Assembly (NCBI GenBank): GCA_964347545.1
Contig: CAYFZZ010000251.1
Location: 1 to 41,072 of the forward strand
Reading direction: 5' to 3'
Source of the DNA: an uncultured Planctomycetaceae bacterium
Lineage (GTDB): Bacteria > Planctomycetota > Planctomycetia > Pirellulales > UBA7805
DNA: 41,072 nucleotides
The position numbers were made by a program, and so were the translations under genes. The notes under the pieces were generated by a model, which saw only the letters and a program-made list of their open reading frames with translations, did not search any database and was not told where the DNA came from. Of the stretch, positions 18,041 through 28,167 are shown one piece after another (the first letter of the stretch is position 1; every line of letters begins with the position of its first letter).

Positions 18041-18979
18041 TTACGGGCTGCGGTCCCCTTTGGTGCCCAGCAGCCAGGCGAGGACCCCTTTTTGGACGTG
18101 CATGCGGTTGGCCGCCTGCTGGACCACAATGCTCTGCGGTCCGTCGATCACCTCGTCGGTGACTTCCAGTCCACGGCGGGCGGGGAGGCAGTGCATGAAG
18201 ACCGCCTCGGGGGGTGCCTCTCCCATCAGGACCTGGTTGACCTGGTAGGCCGCAAAATCTTTTTGCCGCTGTTCCTTTTCCGCTTCCTGGCCCATGCTGG
18301 CCCACACGTCGGTGTAGACGGCGGTCGACTGCCGCACAGCTTCGACCGGGTCGTGGGTGACCGCGATGTCGGCCTCCGGCACGGTGGACTGGATTCGCGC
18401 GATCAACTCGGGATCCAGCTCGTAACCGGGTGGCATGGCCGCCACGAAGGGCATGCCGGCCAGGGCGCAGCCGATCGCCAGGCTGCGAGCGACGTTGTTG
18501 CCGTCGCCGATCCAGGCCAGGCGGCCGCCGTGGGAGGCGCCGAAGCGTTCGCGGAGGGTGTAGAGGTCCGCCAGGGCCTGGCAGGGGTGAGCCTTATCGG
18601 TGAGGCCGTTGATCACGCTGGACGTCGAATGCCCCGCCAGCTCGACCACCGTCTCGTGCTGCTTGGCTCGCACCACAATCACATCCACATAAACGCTCAG
18701 CACCCGCCCAAAATCCGCGATCGTCTCCCGCTTGCCGAACCCGACGTCGTCTCCCAGGAACAGGCTGCCGCCCCCCAAGTGCAGCATGGCTGCTTCGAAG
18801 CTGACCCGCGTGCGAAGCGAGGGTTTTTCGAACAAGAGGGCCATCACGCGGCCTGGCAGCAGTTCGTCCCGATGGCCCTCGACAAATTTGGTCTTCAGGT
18901 CTTCGGTCACCGCAAAGATGCTGGCCACATCTTGAGCAGAGAGGTCAAACAGGGTTATCAGATGAGCCGCATCGTTCAT
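18041..18979 (-). CDS. argF: Ornithine carbamoyltransferase
   Basis: This is track ORF 18041..18979(-). It has FEKPSLRTRVSFE, HPCQALAD, DVWASMG and the HCLPA motifs of OTCases. Confidence 0.92.
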   Translation of the reverse strand: MNDAAHLITLFDLSAQDVASIFAVTEDLKTKFVEGHRDELLPGRVMALLFEKPSLRTRVSFEAAMLHLGGGSLFLGDDVGFGKRETIADFGRVLSVYVDVIVVRAKQHETVVELAGHSTSSVINGLTDKAHPCQALADLYTLRERFGASHGGRLAWIGDGNNVARSLAIGCALAGMPFVAAMPPGYELDPELIARIQSTVPEADIAVTHDPVEAVRQSTAVYTDVWASMGQEAEKEQRQKDFAAYQVNQVLMGEAPPEAVFMHCLPARRGLEVTDEVIDGPQSIVVQQAANRMHVQKGVLAWLLGTKGDRSP

Positions 18980-19104
18980 GATTTCTGTGGGTCTGGAGAG
19001 GGCGTCTGAGGGTGGGGGGGGGTCGAGCCGATGGGGGGGAGGCGGCGGTCCCCAGCCGTCTGGGCGGGGCCTGCCGGGCGGTCAGCTCCGCGGTTTCGTC
19101 GGTT

Positions 19105-20298
19105 TTACAGGCTGCGGATCACCTCGCAGAGGATGTCACAGCCTTCCTGGGCTTGTTGGTCGGTCAAGGTCATGGCGGGCAACAGCCGGATGACCACCTG
19201 CTGGGTGCAATTGACCAGCAGGTTTCGCTGCAGGCATTGTTGGACGACTTTGGTCCCGTCCTGGTCCAGTTCGATGCCGATCATCAGGCCCAGGATGCGG
19301 ACATCGCGGACGTGATCGCATTGTTGGTGCAGTTCTCCCAGGCGGGCCTGAAACAGGTCGGAGAGGGCCGCTGCCCGCTGGAGGAGGTTTTCTTCTTCGA
19401 TCGTTTCCAGGGTTGCCAATCCCGCTCGAGCCGCAATCGGGTTCCCGCCAAAGGTGGCAGCGTGCATTCCGGGCCGCAGGCTGGTGGCGATCTGAGCTGT
19501 GGTCAACATGGCTCCTCCCGCGATGCCCCCGCACAGCGCCTTGGCCAGGGTCATCACGTCGGGCGTGACGTCGTAATGCTGGTAGGCGAACCAGCGTCCG
19601 GTGCGGCCACACCCGGTTTGCACCTCGTCGAAAATCAACAGCAGTTGGTGGTCGTCTGCCAGCTGTCGCAGTCCGGTCAGATAACCCTCCGGGGGCAGGT
19701 TCACCCCTCCTTCTCCCTGGACCGGCTCGATCATGATCGCGGCGGTTTCGTCGTCGATCAAGCGGGCCACGGCGTCCAGGTCCCCGTAGGGCGCGTAGAC
19801 GAACCCCGCCATCAGCGGTCCCAGGCCTTCGTGGTATTTAGGTTGAGCGGTGGCGGCAGTGGCTCCCAGGGTCCGTCCGTGGAAGCCGTGTTCGAAGGTG
19901 ATGATCTTGTAGCGGTTGGGGGCGGAGTGGAGCCGAGCCAGCTTGATTGCCGCTTCATTGGCCTCGGTGCCAGAGTTGCAGAAAAAGGCCTGGCCGTTGA
20001 ATGATCGCTGAGCCAGCGCTTCGGCCCACCGCCCCTGCGGCTCGATGTACCACGTGTTGGGGACATGAATCAGCCTTTCCAGCTGCTGCTGGACGGCACG
20101 CACCACGGCCGGCGGACAGTGCCCCAGCAGGTTGCAGCCCCAGCCGGGGAAGAGGTCCAGATAGCGATTGTCGTCGTTGTCCCAGACGTACGAGCCTTCA
20201 CCCCGCACGAGGGTCACCGGGAACCGCGTGTAGTTGGGCACCACGTATCGTTGAAAGAGCTCGATGGTGCCTGGCGAAGCCAGCAACGGGCTGTTCAT
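19105..20298 (-). CDS. argD: Acetylornithine aminotransferase (class III PLP aminotransferase)
   Basis: This is track ORF 19105..20298(-). It has [49 protein letters not shown], and [12 protein letters not shown] with the PLP lysine. Its start overlaps the argB stop (ATGA). Confidence 0.92.
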   Translation of the reverse strand: MNSPLLASPGTIELFQRYVVPNYTRFPVTLVRGEGSYVWDNDDNRYLDLFPGWGCNLLGHCPPAVVRAVQQQLERLIHVPNTWYIEPQGRWAEALAQRSFNGQAFFCNSGTEANEAAIKLARLHSAPNRYKIITFEHGFHGRTLGATAATAQPKYHEGLGPLMAGFVYAPYGDLDAVARLIDDETAAIMIEPVQGEGGVNLPPEGYLTGLRQLADDHQLLLIFDEVQTGCGRTGRWFAYQHYDVTPDVMTLAKALCGGIAGGAMLTTAQIATSLRPGMHAATFGGNPIAARAGLATLETIEEENLLQRAAALSDLFQARLGELHQQCDHVRDVRILGLMIGIELDQDGTKVVQQCLQRNLLVNCTQQVVIRLLPAMTLTDQQAQEGCDILCEVIRSL

Positions 20299-21179
20299 GA
20301 GGGGTCCTTTACGATTTCGGTACCGACGCCTTTGTTGGTGTAGATCTCCAGCAACAGCGAATGTCGCAGGCGGCCGTCGATGATATGGATTTTATGCACG
20401 CCGCGATCCAGCGTCTGGAGGCAGGCTTCCACTTTGGGGATCATGCCCTGATTCACCGCTCCGGTGGCGATCATCTGGCGAGCCTCTTGTTCGGTCAGCG
20501 AGCTGATCAGCGAATCGGAATCGTCCTTGTTGCGGCGGACCCCATTCACGTCGCTCAGAAAAACCAGCTTTTCCGCCCCCAGGGCTTCGGCCACGGCCCG
20601 AGCGGCGGTGTCGGCGTTGACGTTCAGTTTCTCGTCGTGCTCGCCCAGGCACATACTGGGAATGACCGGGACGGTGTCGGCGTAACAGAAATTCTCGATC
20701 GTGGCTCGATCCACCCGCGTGATCTCTCCCACGTGCCCCAGATCCAGGGGTTGGTTTTCCGCGTCGCGCAGCGACAGGTGGTGGCCGAAGAGGACGTTGG
20801 TCGAGCGAAAGTTGAGCGGGACGGCGCGGCCTCCCAGTTCTTCGATCCAAGCGGCGATGCGTTCGTTGGTTTCGTAAGCCAGGACTTGTTCCACAATGGC
20901 CAGGGTGGCGTCATCGGTGACCCGCCGTCCTTGCACGAAACGCGGTTCCAGGCCGGCGGCGGCCATCGCCTGGCTGATCGCCTCACCCCCGCCATGCACC
21001 ACCACCGGCCGCATGCCGACCGTCTCCATGAAGACAATGTCGACCAGCAGGTTTTTCAGGCGATCGGCGTCCTCCATGACGCTGCCCCCCAGCTTGATCA
21101 CCGTAATTTTATCACGCAGCTGGCGGATCCAGCCGAGGGCTTCGATCAGGACAGCGGCTTTCTGAATGGCAGCTTCCAT
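20295..21179 (-). CDS. argB: Acetylglutamate kinase
   Basis: This is track ORF 20295..21179(-). It has [48 protein letters not shown] and GMIPKVEAC. Confidence 0.95.
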   Translation of the reverse strand: MEAAIQKAAVLIEALGWIRQLRDKITVIKLGGSVMEDADRLKNLLVDIVFMETVGMRPVVVHGGGEAISQAMAAAGLEPRFVQGRRVTDDATLAIVEQVLAYETNERIAAWIEELGGRAVPLNFRSTNVLFGHHLSLRDAENQPLDLGHVGEITRVDRATIENFCYADTVPVIPSMCLGEHDEKLNVNADTAARAVAEALGAEKLVFLSDVNGVRRNKDDSDSLISSLTEQEARQMIATGAVNQGMIPKVEACLQTLDRGVHKIHIIDGRLRHSLLLEIYTNKGVGTEIVKDPS

Positions 21180-21410
21180 CGGGCCAGGCTCGGGGAAAAC
21201 AAAGACCCCCAGGTCGCGGGGCGCGGCACTGGGGGAAACTGAAAATTTTAGTTATTGTGGAAGAGAACTGTCAACGCGCGGCGGGCTCTGCGGCCTAGCG
21301 GCCGCCGAGCCGGACCCCCGCCCGCGGTCGCGGGGGCCCCGCGACCCCGTGGTGGGAGCGTCTGGTCGCCCAGGTGCTGATTCTGATCCCCCAAAAAAAG
21401 GGAGAAAACC

Positions 21411-22163
21411 GTGACCGAACGCGTGGCCATCGTGATGGCGGCCGGGAAGGGGACGCGGATGAAGTCCCCCCTGCCCAAGGTCCTGGTACCGGTCTGCGGA
21501 CGCCCCATGATTGACTATGTGGTCCACGCCTTGCGGCAGGCCGGCGTCGGCCGCCAGATCGTCGTGACGGGGCATCGAGCGGAACGGGTCGAAGCGCACC
21601 TGGGGGGGCAGCCGGACGTGACCTTTGTCCGCCAGGCCCAGCAGCTGGGCACCGGCCACGCGGTCATGATGTGCCGCCAGAAACTGGCCGATTTCGACGG
21701 CCCCCTGCTGGTCGTCGCCGGGGACTCGCCGCTGATGCAGAGCGATTCGCTGGGGGCCCTCTTTGCAGAATTCGACCGGACCCGTCCCGCCTGTATCCTG
21801 GGAACCGGCTACCGCCCCGATCCGACCGGTTTCGGGCGGATCCTCCGCGACGCGGAGGGGCGGTTCACCGGGATCGTGGAAGAAAAAGACGCCACCCCGC
21901 AGCAACGGGAGATCACCGAGGTCAATCTCAGCTGTTATGTCTTCGGTTGCCAGGATTTGCTGGCGTCCCTGGAGCAGCTGGACAACACCAATGTCCAGGG
22001 GGAATACTATATCACTGACTGCCCCCGGATCCTCCTCCAGCGAGGCTTGGATGTGCGGGCTCTGAATGTCCTGAAACCTTGCGAGGCGCTCAGCATCAAC
22101 ACCGTTGACGATGTCCAGCGGGTCGAGGCCGAGATGCGACGGATGCAGCAACAGGCCCCGTAG
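21411..22163 (+). CDS. Sugar-1-phosphate nucleotidyltransferase resembling the N-terminal (uridyltransferase) half of GlmU; no left-handed beta-helix acetyltransferase domain
   Basis: This is track ORF 21411..22163(+) with a GTG start. It has AIVMAAGKGTRMKSPLPKVL, QLGTGHAV, LVVAGDSPL and EYYITD. It ends at 250 aa, whereas bifunctional GlmU is about 450 aa. It sits in the classic gcaD-prs-ctc-pth position. Confidence 0.8.
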   Translation: MTERVAIVMAAGKGTRMKSPLPKVLVPVCGRPMIDYVVHALRQAGVGRQIVVTGHRAERVEAHLGGQPDVTFVRQAQQLGTGHAVMMCRQKLADFDGPLLVVAGDSPLMQSDSLGALFAEFDRTRPACILGTGYRPDPTGFGRILRDAEGRFTGIVEEKDATPQQREITEVNLSCYVFGCQDLLASLEQLDNTNVQGEYYITDCPRILLQRGLDVRALNVLKPCEALSINTVDDVQRVEAEMRRMQQQAP

Positions 22164-22233
22164 CCCGGCCGCCACGCCGGACCGGCTGGGGAGGCGAGCG
22201 TTGAAGCATTTTTTCACAAGCGGGTGAATCGAG

Positions 22234-23181
22234 ATGAAAGATCTCAAACTGTTTGCCGGCCGAGCGAATCCGGAGCTGGCTGAGCGGATCTGCAATTACC
22301 TCGGCTTGCCCCCCGGCAAGATCGCTCTGGGAAACTTCCCCGATGGCGAAACCTCCTGCAAGATCCTGGAGGATATCCGCGGGCGGGACGTGTTCCTTAT
22401 CCAACCCACCTGCCCGCCGGTCAATGATCACCTGATGGAACTGCTGATCATGATCGAAAGCTGCAAGCGGGCCAGTGCCGAACGAGTGACCGCCGTGGTC
22501 CCCTACTACGGTTACGCTCGACAAGATCGCAAAGACGAAGGTCGAGTGCCGATCACGGCCAAGCTGGTCGCGAACCTGATCACGCGGGCCGGGGCGGACC
22601 GGGTGTTGACCATGGATCTGCACGCCGCTCAGATCCAAGGCTTCTTCGACGTCCCCGTGGATCACCTCTACGCCGCTCCGGTGTTGAACGAGCACTTCCG
22701 CAATATGGGGCTCAGCCCCGACCAGATCGTCGTGGTCAGCCCCGACGAGGGGAGTATCAAACGAGCGTTGGGGCACGTGAAACGCTTGGGGGGCAAGCTG
22801 GCGATTGTGGACAAGCGGCGGAGCAGTGCTGAGCGGACCAGTCAGGAAAACATTATTGGCGGGCCGATTCGTGGCAAATACGTGTTCATGTTCGACGATA
22901 TGATCAGCACCGCGGGCTCGATCTGCGGCGCGGCGGAAATCCTCCACCGCAACGGGGCTCGCGAAATCTACGTCGCCGCGACCCACGGGGTCCTCTGCGG
23001 TCCGGCCATCCAGCGGCTGGAAGAGGCCCCGGTGACCCGGGTCGTGCTGACCGATACCATCCCCCTGACCCCTGACCAGAAGCTGGACAAAATCGAGGTG
23101 CTCAGCGTGGCCGCCCTCCTGGGGGAGGGGATCAAGCGGATCCACCGGAACGAGTCGGTCAGCCGCCTGTTTGTCCAGTAA
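22234..23181 (+). CDS. prs: Ribose-phosphate pyrophosphokinase
   Basis: This is track ORF 22234..23181(+). It has FPDGETSCKILEDIRGRDVFLIQ, YYGYARQDRK, LTMDLHAAQIQGFF and FMFDDMISTAGS. Confidence 0.97.
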   Translation: MKDLKLFAGRANPELAERICNYLGLPPGKIALGNFPDGETSCKILEDIRGRDVFLIQPTCPPVNDHLMELLIMIESCKRASAERVTAVVPYYGYARQDRKDEGRVPITAKLVANLITRAGADRVLTMDLHAAQIQGFFDVPVDHLYAAPVLNEHFRNMGLSPDQIVVVSPDEGSIKRALGHVKRLGGKLAIVDKRRSSAERTSQENIIGGPIRGKYVFMFDDMISTAGSICGAAEILHRNGAREIYVAATHGVLCGPAIQRLEEAPVTRVVLTDTIPLTPDQKLDKIEVLSVAALLGEGIKRIHRNESVSRLFVQ

Positions 23182-23261
23182 ACACTGGGCTTGAATTCCC
23201 GACGAAATCGGCCACAATAAACCGTTTGTGTCAGGTCGGCCCAGGCAGGACGGAGCGGACG

Positions 23262-23894
23262 ATGTCGGAAGTGTTACAGGTAGAACAACGGGGCTCGTAC
23301 GGGACGCGACACGCCCGCCGCTTGCGGGCCGCGGGCCGTATCCCGGCCATCCTCTATGGGCATGGCGAGGAGTGCGTCAGCCTCAGCTTGGACGCCAGCC
23401 AGGTGGGGGCGGCCGTGCGACACGGCAGCCGGATTGTCGAACTGGAGGGGGCGCTCCGCGAAAAGGCCCTGATTCGGGAGATCCAATGGGACCCCTTCGG
23501 AGTGGACGTGCTGCATCTCGATTTGACCCGGGTGGCTGCGGACGAAAAAGTGGCCGTCAACCTGCCGGTCGAACTGCGGGGGGTGGCGCCGGGGACCAAC
23601 GAAGGGGGGGTGGTCGAGCATCCGGTGCATGAACTGGAAATCGAGTGCCCCGCAGCAAAAATCCCAGAAAAATTGGTGCTGAATATTAACAATCTCCAGC
23701 TGGGCGAATCGCTGACAGCGGCCGCCTTGGAACTGCCCGAAGGGGCTCGGCTGACAGGCAGCCCGGACACGGTGGTCGCCCAATGCGTCGAACCGCATGT
23801 GGAGGCCGAAATGGAGGAGGCGCCGGAGTCGGTGGAACCGGAGGTGATTGGTCGTAAGCCGAGCGAGGAGGAAGCGGAAGCGGGTGGTGCTTGA
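23262..23894 (+). CDS. rplY: 50S ribosomal protein L25, Ctc (long) form
   Basis: This is track ORF 23226..23894(+), taken from ATG 23262. It has RRLRAAGRIPAILYGHGEE, IQWDPFGVDVLHLDLTRV and an acidic C-terminal tail. Confidence 0.9.
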   Translation: MSEVLQVEQRGSYGTRHARRLRAAGRIPAILYGHGEECVSLSLDASQVGAAVRHGSRIVELEGALREKALIREIQWDPFGVDVLHLDLTRVAADEKVAVNLPVELRGVAPGTNEGGVVEHPVHELEIECPAAKIPEKLVLNINNLQLGESLTAAALELPEGARLTGSPDTVVAQCVEPHVEAEMEEAPESVEPEVIGRKPSEEEAEAGGA

Positions 23895-23960
23895 GGATTG
23901 GTTGCGTTGGGTATCCTGGCGTCCTGGTGGCGGAGACTGAGCGGAAACAGCCAGCGACCG

Positions 23961-24518
23961 ATGAAATTGATCGTCGGTCTGGGAAATCCCGGCCGCAAAT
24001 ACGAGGGGACGCGACACAACATCGGCTGGATGGTGCTGGACGAATTGAAACGGCGGCACGCGACGGGTGCGGCCCAAGCGAGGTTTCACGGCCAGCTGAC
24101 GGAGGTTCGCCTGGGGGATGTCCGCAGCTGCCTGTTGGCTCCGCATACGTTTATGAATCGCAGCGGCACCAGCGTGGCGGCCGCCAAAAGTTTTTACAAA
24201 ATTGCCGACGAGGATTTACTGGTCATCTGCGACGACTTCCAATTGCCGCTGGCCAAACTGCGGATCCGTCCCTCGGGTAGTGCCGGAGGGCAGCAAGGTC
24301 TGGCCGACGTGATTCGCGCCCTGGGACACCAAAATTTCGCTCGACTCCGCATCGGTATCGGCTCGCCACCCCCCCACTGGGACGCGGCGGACTATGTGTT
24401 GAGCCGGTTTGGGGGGGGCGAACAAGAGGAACGGGGGGCCGCCGTCGGGCGGGCAGCCGACGCCGTCGAAGTTTGGGCGACCGCAGGGATTGGCCCCTGC
24501 ATGAATCAGTACAATTGA
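23961..24518 (+). CDS. pth: Peptidyl-tRNA hydrolase
   Basis: This is track ORF 23898..24518(+), taken from ATG 23961 (MKLIVGLGNPG). It has YEGTRHNIGW, TFMNRSG, GGQQGL and RLRIGIG. Confidence 0.95.
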   Translation: MKLIVGLGNPGRKYEGTRHNIGWMVLDELKRRHATGAAQARFHGQLTEVRLGDVRSCLLAPHTFMNRSGTSVAAAKSFYKIADEDLLVICDDFQLPLAKLRIRPSGSAGGQQGLADVIRALGHQNFARLRIGIGSPPPHWDAADYVLSRFGGGEQEERGAAVGRAADAVEVWATAGIGPCMNQYN

Positions 24519-24559
24519 CACGTGTGTGATCCCCTTTTTTGAGCCAAGGAGTGAGTATT

Positions 24560-24967
24560 TTGGCAAGTAGTGTTTACGAAAGTCTGTTCATCCTGGATGC
24601 GTCGCGGTACAGCCGAGATGCGGCTGGAATCAGCGGGCGGATTGAGAAGCTGATCGCCAAGTACGGAGGCGAAGTGCTGGTCAGCCGGTTGTGGGACGAG
24701 CGACGGTTGGCTTATCCGATCAACGGCCAGCGGAAAGGGGTCTATTGGCTGACCTACTTCCGCCTGGAAGGCCCCCAACTGGCCGCCTTGACCGAGGAAT
24801 ACGAGCGGGATGACAACATCCTGCGGCAGCTGATCCTGAAGATCGATCCGCGGATCGTTAATCAACTGGTCAGCCATGCCAGCCAAAAGGATGCCCGCGA
24901 AAAAAGTGCGGCCTCGGCGGAGGAAAAATCGGCAGATTCCTCGTCCGAAGTCGCCGCCCCGGCGTAA
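24560..24967 (+). CDS. rpsF: 30S ribosomal protein S6
   Basis: This is track ORF 24539..24967(+). The AAGGAG Shine-Dalgarno at 24546-24551 favours the in-frame TTG at 24560 (MASSVYESLFILD). TTG 24539 is the longest alternative. The WDERRLAYPING and WLTYF motifs match S6, and the tail is acidic. Confidence 0.88.
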   Translation: MASSVYESLFILDASRYSRDAAGISGRIEKLIAKYGGEVLVSRLWDERRLAYPINGQRKGVYWLTYFRLEGPQLAALTEEYERDDNILRQLILKIDPRIVNQLVSHASQKDAREKSAASAEEKSADSSSEVAAPA

Positions 24968-25230
24968 TACCCCTAGTTGCCGGGCGGCCGGGATTGTGGT
25001 AATCTCCTCTACGGTACGCCTGTGCAGTAACAGACGTGCCGCCAGGGGGAGCGGCGGGAGCGACGCGAAGAGAGGGGCGCCACAGAGAGAGGCGCCCCAC
25101 CGAGACGCCAAAGTGGTGCGGGCCCTGGCCCGCAGTGACGCGAGGTGGCCCTGCGGCCGCCGGGGGGTGCCCCCCTGCGGATCCCAGCGGGCAGGCCGTG
25201 GTTGCCGAGCGAGGGAGAAAGGAGTTGAGT

Positions 25231-25671
25231 ATGGCCAGTTTCAACCGAGTCATTTTGATGGGAAATCTGACGCGAGACCCGGAATTGCGATACATTCCCA
25301 ACGGGACGGCTGTCGCGGAATTCGGGCTGGCGGTCAACGACCGCCGGAAGAACAACCAGACGGGGGAATGGATCGAGGACACCCAGTTCATCGACATCAC
25401 CATGTGGGCTCGTCAAGCCGAGATCGCGGCGGAATATTTGAGCAAGGGTTCGCCGGTGTTTATCGAGGGCCGGTTGAAGTACGACACGTGGGAAAAGGAT
25501 GGTCAGAAACATTCGAAATTGCGGGTGATCGGCGAGCGGATGCAGTTTATCGGTGGGCGCGGGGAAGGTTCCTCGACCGGTCGACGCAGCGAGCCGTCTG
25601 CGGCCCAAGCCACCCCCGGGGCTCAGCCGGTCGCCGCAGGCCAACCGTCCGACGAGGACCTCCCGTTTTAG
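25231..25671 (+). CDS. ssb: Single-stranded DNA-binding protein
   Basis: The start is the internal ATG at 25231 of track ORF 25036..25671(+), preceded by GAAAGGAG. It has [36 protein letters not shown] and an OB fold. The Gly/Pro-rich tail ends in the canonical acidic tip DEDLPF. Confidence 0.95.
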   Translation: MASFNRVILMGNLTRDPELRYIPNGTAVAEFGLAVNDRRKNNQTGEWIEDTQFIDITMWARQAEIAAEYLSKGSPVFIEGRLKYDTWEKDGQKHSKLRVIGERMQFIGGRGEGSSTGRRSEPSAAQATPGAQPVAAGQPSDEDLPF

Positions 25672-25819
25672 CGTTTTAGGATAAGAGGACCTGCGGGGAA
25701 GGTTTGCCCGGCGGGGACCGCCTGGGGGGTGATGGTCGGCCAGCGCCGCAAGACGGATTTGGGGTGAGACGGATTTGGGGTTAGGTGGATCGCTTGTCGT
25801 TCCAGGGAGAGCAGTCATA

Positions 25820-26368
25820 ATGCCACGCACCAGGCAACCTAAAAGAAAGCGAGCTGCTGGAGGGCGTGCTCAACGCATCGCTCGGGGCCCGCTGGGCGGA
25901 GTCGAATTGTTGCTGATCCAGTCGGTGGATCAGCTGGGCAACCAGGGTGACGTTGTCGAAGTCAAGCCGGGTTATGCCAAAAACTACTTGCTGCCCCAAG
26001 GGCTGGCGACGGTGGCCACTGAGCATCACAAGCGGATGGTGGAAAAACACCGAGCGCGGCTGGTCGCCATCGAAGAGAAGCGTCGCAGTGGACTGCGGGC
26101 TCTGGCGACTTCGCTGGGCAACCTCAGCGTGACGATTGAAGCCAACGCCAACGACGAGGGCCATCTGTACGGCAGCGTCGGCGCCGCGGAAATTTCGGCT
26201 GCCTTAAAGCAGAACGACATTACCGTGACCCCGGACCAGGTGCGGCTGGCCGGACCGCTCAAAGAATTAGGGCTCTACACCGTCCAGGTCCATCTGGGTG
26301 CCGAGATTGACGCGGACTTGAAGGTCTGGGTCGTTCCGGCGGTGGCCAGCGAAAAGAAAGAAGAATAA
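25820..26368 (+). CDS. rplI: 50S ribosomal protein L9
   Basis: This is track ORF 25775..26368(+). ATG 25820 gives a 27-aa basic N-terminal extension. The in-frame TTG at 25907, after GGAG, would give the canonical start M-LLIQSVDQLGNQGDVVEVKPGYAKNYLLPQGLA. The start is therefore uncertain. Confidence 0.88.
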   Translation: MPRTRQPKRKRAAGGRAQRIARGPLGGVELLLIQSVDQLGNQGDVVEVKPGYAKNYLLPQGLATVATEHHKRMVEKHRARLVAIEEKRRSGLRALATSLGNLSVTIEANANDEGHLYGSVGAAEISAALKQNDITVTPDQVRLAGPLKELGLYTVQVHLGAEIDADLKVWVVPAVASEKKEE

Positions 26369-26446
26369 GGGTCAGCTTGTCCCGGCCGCGCCGGGCTTTC
26401 CGGGTTCGAATGTCACCATTGTCAGCCCGCAAGGAGGTGCGCTCTC

Positions 26447-27898
26447 ATGGCCACGGCCCGCGGAATCGAGCGTAAGGCGCAGGCCTCGAGCCTGCCGCTG
26501 TTGGACCGGCAGCCACCCTGCAATCTGGAGGCCGAACGGAACACGCTGGGCAGCATGCTCTTGCTGCCGGAAGTCAGCGACGAAGTTTCGCTGATTCTCA
26601 AGCCCGAGGACTTCTACGACGATGCTCACCGAGTGCTGTACCAGCACATGGTCGATCTGTACGAGACGGGCCAGAAGCTGGATCTGACGCTGCTGGTCGA
26701 CCGCCTCAAGTCGGCCGGGGACTTTGAGGAAATCGGGGGGGCCGCGGCCCTGGCCGAAATCGCGCATTCGGTGCCCACGGCAGCCAATGCGGCCTACTAC
26801 GCTCGTATCGTCCACGAAAAATCGATCCTGCGGTCCCTGATCTACACCGGGACCGAGATTGTGAAGGACGCCTACCAGCAGGGCTCGCCGGCGCGGGAAC
26901 TGTTGAATCTGGCCGAAGAGAAGATCTTTGGCATCCGCGATCAGCGTGGCAAAGGGGCTGAGCTGGCTAATATTCATGACGTATTGATGGAGGCTTTCGA
27001 GCAGATTGATGCGCGGATGGAGCATGGGGGGGCGAGTGGGTTGAGCACCGGGTTTCGGGACGTCGACAAACTGACCGGGGGACTGCACCCCGAAGAATTG
27101 ATCGTCGTCGCGGCTAGGCCCAGCATGGGCAAGACAGCTTTTGCGGCGAACATTGCCGAGCACGTGGCGGTGGAAGAGAACCAGCCCACGCTGTTTGTGA
27201 GCATGGAAATGTCCCGGCTGGAACTGGCTCAGCGCCTCATGTGCTCGTTGGGCGAAATCAACGGCGAAAAATTTCGCAGCGGTTTTCTCTCCGGCGGCGA
27301 TCACAAGAAGCTGATTGAAGTCTCGGCCACGTTGGGCAAAAGCCCCCTCTTTATTGACGATACCCCCACCCGCACCGTCACCGAAATCATCGCCACCGCC
27401 CGACGGCTCAAACGCCGACACGGCTCGCTGGGACTGGTGGTGGTCGACTACCTGCAGTTGATTCAACCGGATAATCCGGCCGATCCACGTCAGGAGCAGG
27501 TCGCCAAAATGGCTCGGCGCCTCAAAGCGATGTCCCGCGAGCTGGCCGTGCCCGTGCTCTGCCTCGCTCAGCTCAACCGACAGACCGAGATGACCAAGGA
27601 CAATCGGCCTCGGCTGAGCCACCTGCGGGAATCCGGCGCGATTGAACAGGATGCCGATGTGGTGATGATGATCCACCGGGAGGAGTATTATTTGAGTCCC
27701 CAGGAGCGGGAGGGGATGCGTTCCGGGGCCAACCCGCACAGCTGCCTGGGAGAGGCTGATGTGATTGTGGCCAAACAGCGGAACGGCCCCACGGGCGACG
27801 TCAAGCTGCACTGGTTCCAGCAATTTACCCGGTTCAAGAATGCCGCCACGCACACCCACAAGGAGTTCGAGGCCTATGCGGCCGAGGGGGAATTTTGA
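26447..27898 (+). CDS. dnaB: Replicative DNA helicase
   Basis: This is track ORF 26447..27898(+). It has PPCNLEAERNTLGSMLL, Walker A AARPSMGKTAFA, LVVVDYLQLI, SRELAVPVLCLAQLNR and VIVAKQRNGPTG. There are no intein-sized insertions. Confidence 0.97.
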   Translation: MATARGIERKAQASSLPLLDRQPPCNLEAERNTLGSMLLLPEVSDEVSLILKPEDFYDDAHRVLYQHMVDLYETGQKLDLTLLVDRLKSAGDFEEIGGAAALAEIAHSVPTAANAAYYARIVHEKSILRSLIYTGTEIVKDAYQQGSPARELLNLAEEKIFGIRDQRGKGAELANIHDVLMEAFEQIDARMEHGGASGLSTGFRDVDKLTGGLHPEELIVVAARPSMGKTAFAANIAEHVAVEENQPTLFVSMEMSRLELAQRLMCSLGEINGEKFRSGFLSGGDHKKLIEVSATLGKSPLFIDDTPTRTVTEIIATARRLKRRHGSLGLVVVDYLQLIQPDNPADPRQEQVAKMARRLKAMSRELAVPVLCLAQLNRQTEMTKDNRPRLSHLRESGAIEQDADVVMMIHREEYYLSPQEREGMRSGANPHSCLGEADVIVAKQRNGPTGDVKLHWFQQFTRFKNAATHTHKEFEAYAAEGEF

Positions 27899-28167
27899 GC
27901 AGCGTTGCTAGCAGCCCTTTCCCCCCCACCTGGCTCGGCCGCCTCCCCTCCGGTGGCGGGTCCCGTCCAGCGGCGGGCGCCAGCACCGCCAGCCGGCTGT
28001 CAATTCGACTTGCCGCGCGCTGGTCATTTCTTGTATTGCTTCCCAACCTATAGCCGCTATCCGTGCGTAAGAACAGGGTAGCTTCGGCATCTCGAGGTGA
28101 GGGGTATCCCATGTCGGAGGCAGCCCACCGGGCCAGCCTCTTGTTCGCGCCCTAGGGACGGATTCGT

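Noticed and set aside
26381-26400. CCCGGC-CGC-GCCGGG hairpin after rplI, considered as a terminator.
   Set aside because: The stem is only 6 bp and is followed by a weak CTTTCC tail. dnaB follows 50 nt later and is probably co-transcribed. The evidence is insufficient.
26372-27859. A 495-aa ORF antisense to dnaB. Similar long antisense ORFs are 4943-6196, 6693-7622, 7992-9317, 10811-12082, 12227-13273, 19012-20004, 20361-21242, 21252-22295, 22096-23217 and 23274-24146.
   Set aside because: Each of them mirrors a sense-strand gene with unambiguous conserved motifs (DnaB, PilT, malic enzyme, KatG, ArgD, ArgB, Prs and others). Long antisense ORFs are a known artefact of high GC and the resulting lack of stop codons.
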